In this document: positions 34,270 through 39,568 of the stretch, piece by piece
Layout of the letters: every line of letters begins with the position of its first letter
Numbering within the stretch: the first letter of the stretch is position 1
Assembly (NCBI RefSeq): GCF_004010195.1
Contig: NW_025214133.1
Location: 1-39,568, forward strand
Length of the DNA stretch: 39,568 nucleotides
Direction of reading: 5' to 3'
Origin: Chiloscyllium plagiosum
Lineage: Eukaryota
Translations under genes and position numbers: made by a program
The notes under the pieces: generated by a model
The model's input: the letters and a program-made list of their open reading frames with translations, nothing else
The model's database searches: none
Told to the model about the DNA's origin: nothing

Positions 34270-36473
34270 GAACATAGAACATAGAACATTACAGCGCAGT
34301 ACAGGCCTTTCGGCCCTCGATGTTGCGCCGACCTGTCATACCAATCTGAAGCGCATCTAACCTACACTATTCCATGTACGTCCAGGCGCCTGTCCAATGA
34401 CAACTTAAATGTACTTAAAGTTGGCGAATCTACTACCGTTGCAGGCAAAGCATTCCATACCGTTACTACTCTGAGTAAGGAAACTACCTCTGACATCTGT
34501 CCTATATCTATCAGCCCTCAATCTATGCCCCCTCGTGCTCGCCGTCACCATACTTAGAAAAAGGCTCTCCCTGTCCACCCTATCTAACCCTCTGATTATC
34601 TTATATGTCTCTATTAAGTCACCTCTCACCTTTCTTCTCCCCAACGAAAACTGTCTCAAGTCCCTCAGCCTTTCCTCGTAAGACCGTTCCTCCATACCAG
34701 GCAACATCCTAATAAATCTCCTCTGCACCTTTTTCAAAGCTTCCACATCCTTCATATAATGCGTTGACCAGAACTGTACACAATACTCCAAGTGCGGCCG
34801 CACCAGAGTTTTGTACAGCTGTAACATAACCTGCTGGTTCTGGAACTCGATCTCTCTATTAATAAAAGCGAAAACCCTGTATGCCTTCTTAACAACCCTG
34901 TAAATCTGGGTGGCAACGTTCAAGGATCTGCGTACCTGGACACCGAGATCTCTCTGCTCATCTACACTACCAAGAATCTTACCATTAGCCCAGTACTTTG
35001 CATTCTGGTTACTCCGACCAAAGTGAATCACCTCATTCTTGTCCCCATTAAACTCCATTTGCCACCTCTCAGCCCATCTCTGCTGCTTATCTATGTCTCT
35101 CTGTAACCTACAACATCCTTCATCACTATCCATAACTCCACCGACCTTAGTGTCGTCTGCGAATTTACTAACCCACCCTTCTATGCCGTCATCCAGGTCG
35201 TTTATACAAATGACGAACAGCAGTGTACCCAACACCGACCCTTGCGGTGCACCACTAACAACTGGACTCCAAGATGAACATTTTCCATCAACCACCAATC
35301 TCTGTCTTCTTTCAGCAATCCAATTACTTTTCCAAACTGCTGCACCTCTCATAATCTCATTCCTCCGCATTTTGTACAGTAGCCGACTGTGGTGAACCTT
35401 ATCAAACGCCTTGCTGAAATCCATATACACCACATCAACCGATTTACTCTCATCTAACTGTTTGGCCACCTTCTCAAGTACTCAATAAGATTCGTGAGGC
35501 ACAATAAACTTTCACAAAACCGTGCTGTCTATCCCTAATGAAATTATTCTTTTACAGATGATTATAAATCCGACATCTTAGAACCTTTTCCACCACTTTA
35601 CCAACAGCTGAAGTAAGGCTTACTGCTCTATAATTACCAGGGTTGTATCTACTCCCCTTCTTGAACAGGGGAACCTCATTTGCTATCTTCCAGTCTTCTG
35701 GCACTCTTCTTGTACACAATGATGATTTAAAGATCAATGCCAAAGGCTTGGCAATCTCCTCCCTGACTTCCTTGAGGATCCGAGGATAAATCCCATCCGG
35801 CCCGGGGAACTTATCTATTTTGACACTCTGCAGGATTTCTAATACCTCTTCCTTGTGAACCTCAATCTATTCCTGATGAACGACTTTTGCCCGAAAGGTC
35901 GATATAACTGCTCCTCGGATGCTGCCTGAACTGCTGTACTCTTCCAGCACCACTAATCCAGAATCTGGTTTCCTGCATCTGCAGTCATTGTTTTTGCCTC
36001 AATCCCACGTAGTCTAGTAGCCTGTATCTCAGTATCCTCCACGACAACATTTTCCTTTTCCTCGAATGAATATTGTCGAAAAATATTAATTTAGTGCTTC
36101 CCCTATCTCCTCTGACTCCACACACAACTTCCCACTACTATCCTTGATTGGCCCAAATCTTACTCTTGTCATTATTTTATTCCTTAAATACAGAAAGAAA
36201 GCCTTTGGGTTTACCCTGATCCTAACCGCCAACAACTTCTTATGTCTCCTGCTGGTTCTCTGAGCTCTCTCGTTAGGTCTTTCCTGGCTACTTTGTAACC
36301 CTCAAGCTCCCAAACTGAGTCTTCTGTTCTCACCCTAACATAAGCTTTCTCTTTCTCTTGACCAGAGAATCCACTTCCTTCGTAAACCACGGCTCCCGCA
36401 CTCTACATCTTCCTCCCTGCCTGAAAGATGGATACTTATATAGGACACTCAGGAGCTTTACCTTGAATAAGCT
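34270..36473 (-). mobile_element. 5'-truncated CR1-type LINE with a well-preserved RT domain
   Basis: ORF 34405-35469 reads VDVVYMDFSKAFDKV...PQGSVLG...SKFADDTKVGG...LYKTLVRPHLEYCVQFW. ORF 35552-35743 reads WKIANEVPLFKKG...NYRAVSLTS. Tail (AACATAG)n on +. Confidence 0.97.
35868..35996 (+). mobile_element. PLE-derived short insertion with degenerate hammerhead motif and 8-bp TSD
   Basis: TSD CCTCAATC at 35860-35867 and 35997-36004. CTGATGAA-CGACTTTTGCCC-GAAAGGTC at 35873-35900, with stems II and III mutated. Confidence 0.85.
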
Positions 36474-36477
36474 ATGT

Positions 36478-36525
36478 TGGCACAGTGGCATAGTGGTTAG
36501 CACAGCTCCCTCACATCGCTAAAAA
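36478..36525 (+). mobile_element. 5' head of an HE1-like SINE, cut by the gap
   Basis: GGCACAGTGGCATAGTGGTTAGCACAGCTCCCTCACA matches the head of the 28708-29014 SINE. Confidence 0.75.
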
Positions 36526-37282
36526 NNNNNNNNNNNNNNNNNNNNNNNNNNNNNNNNNNNNNNNNNNNNNNNNNNNNNNNNNNNNNNNNNNNNNNNNNNN
36601 NNNNNNNNNNNNNNNNNNNNNNNNNNNNNNNNNNNNNNNNNNNNNNNNNNNNNNNNNNNNNNNNNNNNNNNNNNNNNNNNNNNNNNNNNNNNNNNNNNNN
36701 NNNNNNNNNNNNNNNNNNNNNNNNNNNNNNNNNNNNNNNNNNNNNNNNNNNNNNNNNNNNNNNNNNNNNNNNNNNNNNNNNNNNNNNNNNNNNNNNNNNN
36801 NNNNNNNNNNNNNNNNNNNNNNNNNNNNNNNNNNNNNNNNNNNNNNNNNNNNNNNNNNNNNNNNNNNNNNNNNNNNNNNNNNNNNNNNNNNNNNNNNNNN
36901 NNNNNNNNNNNNNNNNNNNNNNNNNNNNNNNNNNNNNNNNNNNNNNNNNNNNNNNNNNNNNNNNNNNNNNNNNNNNNNNNNNNNNNNNNNNNNNNNNNNN
37001 NNNNNNNNNNNNNNNNNNNNNNNNNNNNNNNNNNNNNNNNNNNNNNNNNNNNNNNNNNNNNNNNNNNNNNNNNNNNNNNNNNNNNNNNNNNNNNNNNNNN
37101 NNNNNNNNNNNNNNNNNNNNNNNNNNNNNNNNNNNNNNNNNNNNNNNNNNNNNNNNNNNNNNNNNNNNNNNNNNNNNNNNNNNNNNNNNNNNNNNNNNNN
37201 NNNNNNNNNNNNNNNNNNNNNNNNNNNNNNNNNNNNNNNNNNNNNNNNNNNNNNNNNNNNNNNNNNNNNNNNNNNNNNNNNN
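36526..37282. other. Assembly gap (757 N)
   Basis: Run of N. Confidence 1.
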
Positions 37283-37897
37283 TAGAGAGAGAGGGATGTG
37301 GGGAGAGAGAATGTGATGGACGTAAAGAGAAGGGGAGGGTTTAGACAGAAAGTCAGACAGAGAAAAAGAAAGAAGGAGGGGTAGAGAGAGATATAAGGGG
37401 TACAAAGGGAGAGAGTGAGTCGAGAGAGAGTGTCGGAGGATGCAGGCAGAGAGAGACAGAGATAATGGGAGGATAATAGAGAGACTGAGTGGGTTGACAG
37501 TCGACGGATAAAGAGAGTGTGGAGGGTTGTATAATGTGAGAGAGTGTGAGGAGTAGTCAGAAAGAGACAGTGAAAGGGGATACAGCGAGAGAGAATGGGA
37601 GGGAGGGAGAGAGTGGGCAAGCGTAGAGAGAGAGGGATCGGTTAACACGAGTGAGGGAGAGTTTGAAAGTGGTGTAGAGACAGAAAGAGAGAGAGGAATA
37701 CAAAGACAGAGAGTGGGAGCGCAGTACAGACAAAACGAGGGAGGGATGTGAAGGGAGAGTGTGTGGGACGGGATAGAGAGTACGGGTAACAGAGATAGTA
37801 GAGGGTAGACAGGTAGAATATGGGGTAAAGAGAGACACAGAGAAAAAAAACACGAGAGAAGGGGTAGAGAGAGAATGAGGGATATAGAGACAGAGAG
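37283..37897 (+). repeat. Continuation of the GA-rich tract
   Basis: Same composition and motifs as 19472-34268. Confidence 0.9.
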
Positions 37898-39443
37898 GAA
37901 TATAGAACATAGAATATTACAGCGCAGTACAGGCCTTTCGGCCCTCGATGTTGCGCCAACCTGTCATACCAATCTGAAGCCCATCTAACCTACACTATTC
38001 CATGTACGTCCAGACTCTTGTCCAATGACGACTTAAATGTACTTAAAGTTGGCAAATCTACTACCGTTGCAGGCAAAGCATTCCATATTGTTTCCACTCT
38101 GAGTAAAGAAACTACCTCTGACATCTGTCCTATATCTATCACCCCTCAATCTATGCCCCCTCGTGCTCACCGTCACCATACTTGGAAAAAGGCTTTCCCT
38201 GTCCACCCTATCTAACCCTCTGATTATCTTATATGACTCTATTAAGTCACCTCTCACCCTTCTTCTCCCCAACGAAAACAGCCTCAAGTCCCTCAGCCTT
38301 TCCTCGTAAGACCGTTCCTCCATACCAGGCAACATATAGTAAATCTCCTCTGCACCCTTTTCAAAGCTTCCACATCCTTCATATAATGCGTTGAGCAGAA
38401 CTGTACACAATATTCCAAGTGCGGCCGCACTAGAGTTTTGTACAGCTGTAACATAATCTCCTGGTTCTTGAACTCGATCTCTCTATTAATAAAAGCTAAA
38501 ACCCTGTCTGCCTTCTTAACAATCCTGCAAATCTGGGTGGCAACTTACAAGTATCTGTGCACCTGGACACCGAGATCTCTCTGCTCATCTACACTACCAA
38601 GAATCTTACCATAAGCCCAGTACTTTGCATTCCGGTAACTCCAACCAAAGTGAATCACCTCACTCTTGTCCCCATTAAACTCCATTTGCCACCTCTCAGC
38701 CCATCTCTGCAGCTTATCTCTGTCTCACTGTAACCTACAACATCCTTCATCACTATCCACAACTCCACCGACCTCATCCAGGGCGTTTCTACAAATGACG
38801 AACTGCAGTGGACCCAACACCGACCCTTGCAGTACACCACTAACAACTGGACTCCAGGATGAACATTTCCCATCAACCACCAACCTCTGTCTTCTTTCAG
38901 CAGTCTAATTAATTTTCCAAACTGCTATACCTCCCATAATCTCATTCCTCCGCATTTTGTACAGTGGCCGACTGTGGGGAACCTTATCAAACGTCTTGCT
39001 GAAATCCATATACACCACATCAACCTGTTTACTATCATCTACCTGTTTGGCCACCTTCTCAAGAACTCAATAAGATTTGTGAGGCACGATAAACCTGCAT
39101 AAAACCGTGCTGTCTATCCCTAATGAAATTATTCTTTTACAGATGATTGTAAATCCGACATCTTAGAACCTTTTCCACCACTTTACCAACAGCTGAAGTA
39201 AGGCTTACTGGTCTATAATTACCAGGGTTGTATCTACTCCCCTTATTGAACAGGGGAACCACATTTGTTATCTTCCAGTCTTTTGGCACTATTCCTGTAG
39301 ACAATGATGATTTAAAGATCAATACCAAAGGCTGGCAATCTCCTCCCTGGCTTCCAGAGGATAAATCCCATCTGGCCCGGGGAACTTATCTATTTTGACA
39401 CTCCGCAGGATTTCGAACACCTCTTCCTTGTGAACCTAAATCC
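37898..39443 (-). mobile_element. CR1-type LINE, duplicate of 34270-35867, with a deletion removing the FADD motif
   Basis: Collinear with the first copy at offset ~3628. ORFs 38033-38410 and 39137-39328. It reads CCGACCTCATCCAGG at ~38768, where copy 1 has ~40 extra bases. Confidence 0.96.
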
Positions 39444-39568
39444 ATTCCTGATGAAGGGCTTTTGCCCGAAACGTCGATTTCACTGCTCCTCGGATGCTGC
39501 CTGAACTGCTGTACTCTTCAGCACCACGAATCCAGAATCTGGTTTCCAGCATCTGCAGTCATTATTTT
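39444..39568 (+). mobile_element. PLE-derived short insertion with intact hammerhead core (39448-39475), running to the window end
   Basis: CTGATGA A GGGC-TTTT-GCCC GAAA CGTC. Same insertion site in the CR1 as 35868-35996. Confidence 0.85.

Noticed and set aside
19359..34289. Many long ORFs (up to 579 aa) rich in S/L/P/H or E/R/G
   Set aside because: They are translations of the GA/CT low-complexity tract, open in several frames because stops are rare, with no domain motifs.
34405..35469. 354-aa RT ORF as an active or domesticated gene
   Set aside because: It is a 5'-truncated CR1 with no endonuclease, an upstream stop and frameshift, a frameshifted C-terminus and a nested insertion.

Overview
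Repeat-dominated vertebrate genomic DNA. The repeat families (CR1-type LINEs, HE1-type tRNA-derived SINEs, Penelope-like elements) and the GPCR type point to a cartilaginous fish, probably a shark; this is inference. The only host-gene sequence is the main exon of a GPR139/GPR142-like class A GPCR (18020-18927, +), which has one in-frame TGA and no recognisable first exon. Upstream are nested decayed LINEs and SINEs, a probable LTR, a ~40-copy 65-bp satellite and a young 294-bp tandem duplication. Downstream is a ~15 kb purine-rich (G/A) tract and two CR1 copies that arose by segmental duplication. The least obvious signal is six minimal hammerhead-ribozyme motifs (CTGANGA-stem II-GAAA-palindromic stem III) carried by three Penelope-like repeat families, two of them arranged as long inverted repeats. 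There are three assembly gaps. Nearly all long ORFs in the supplied track are artefacts of N runs or low complexity.
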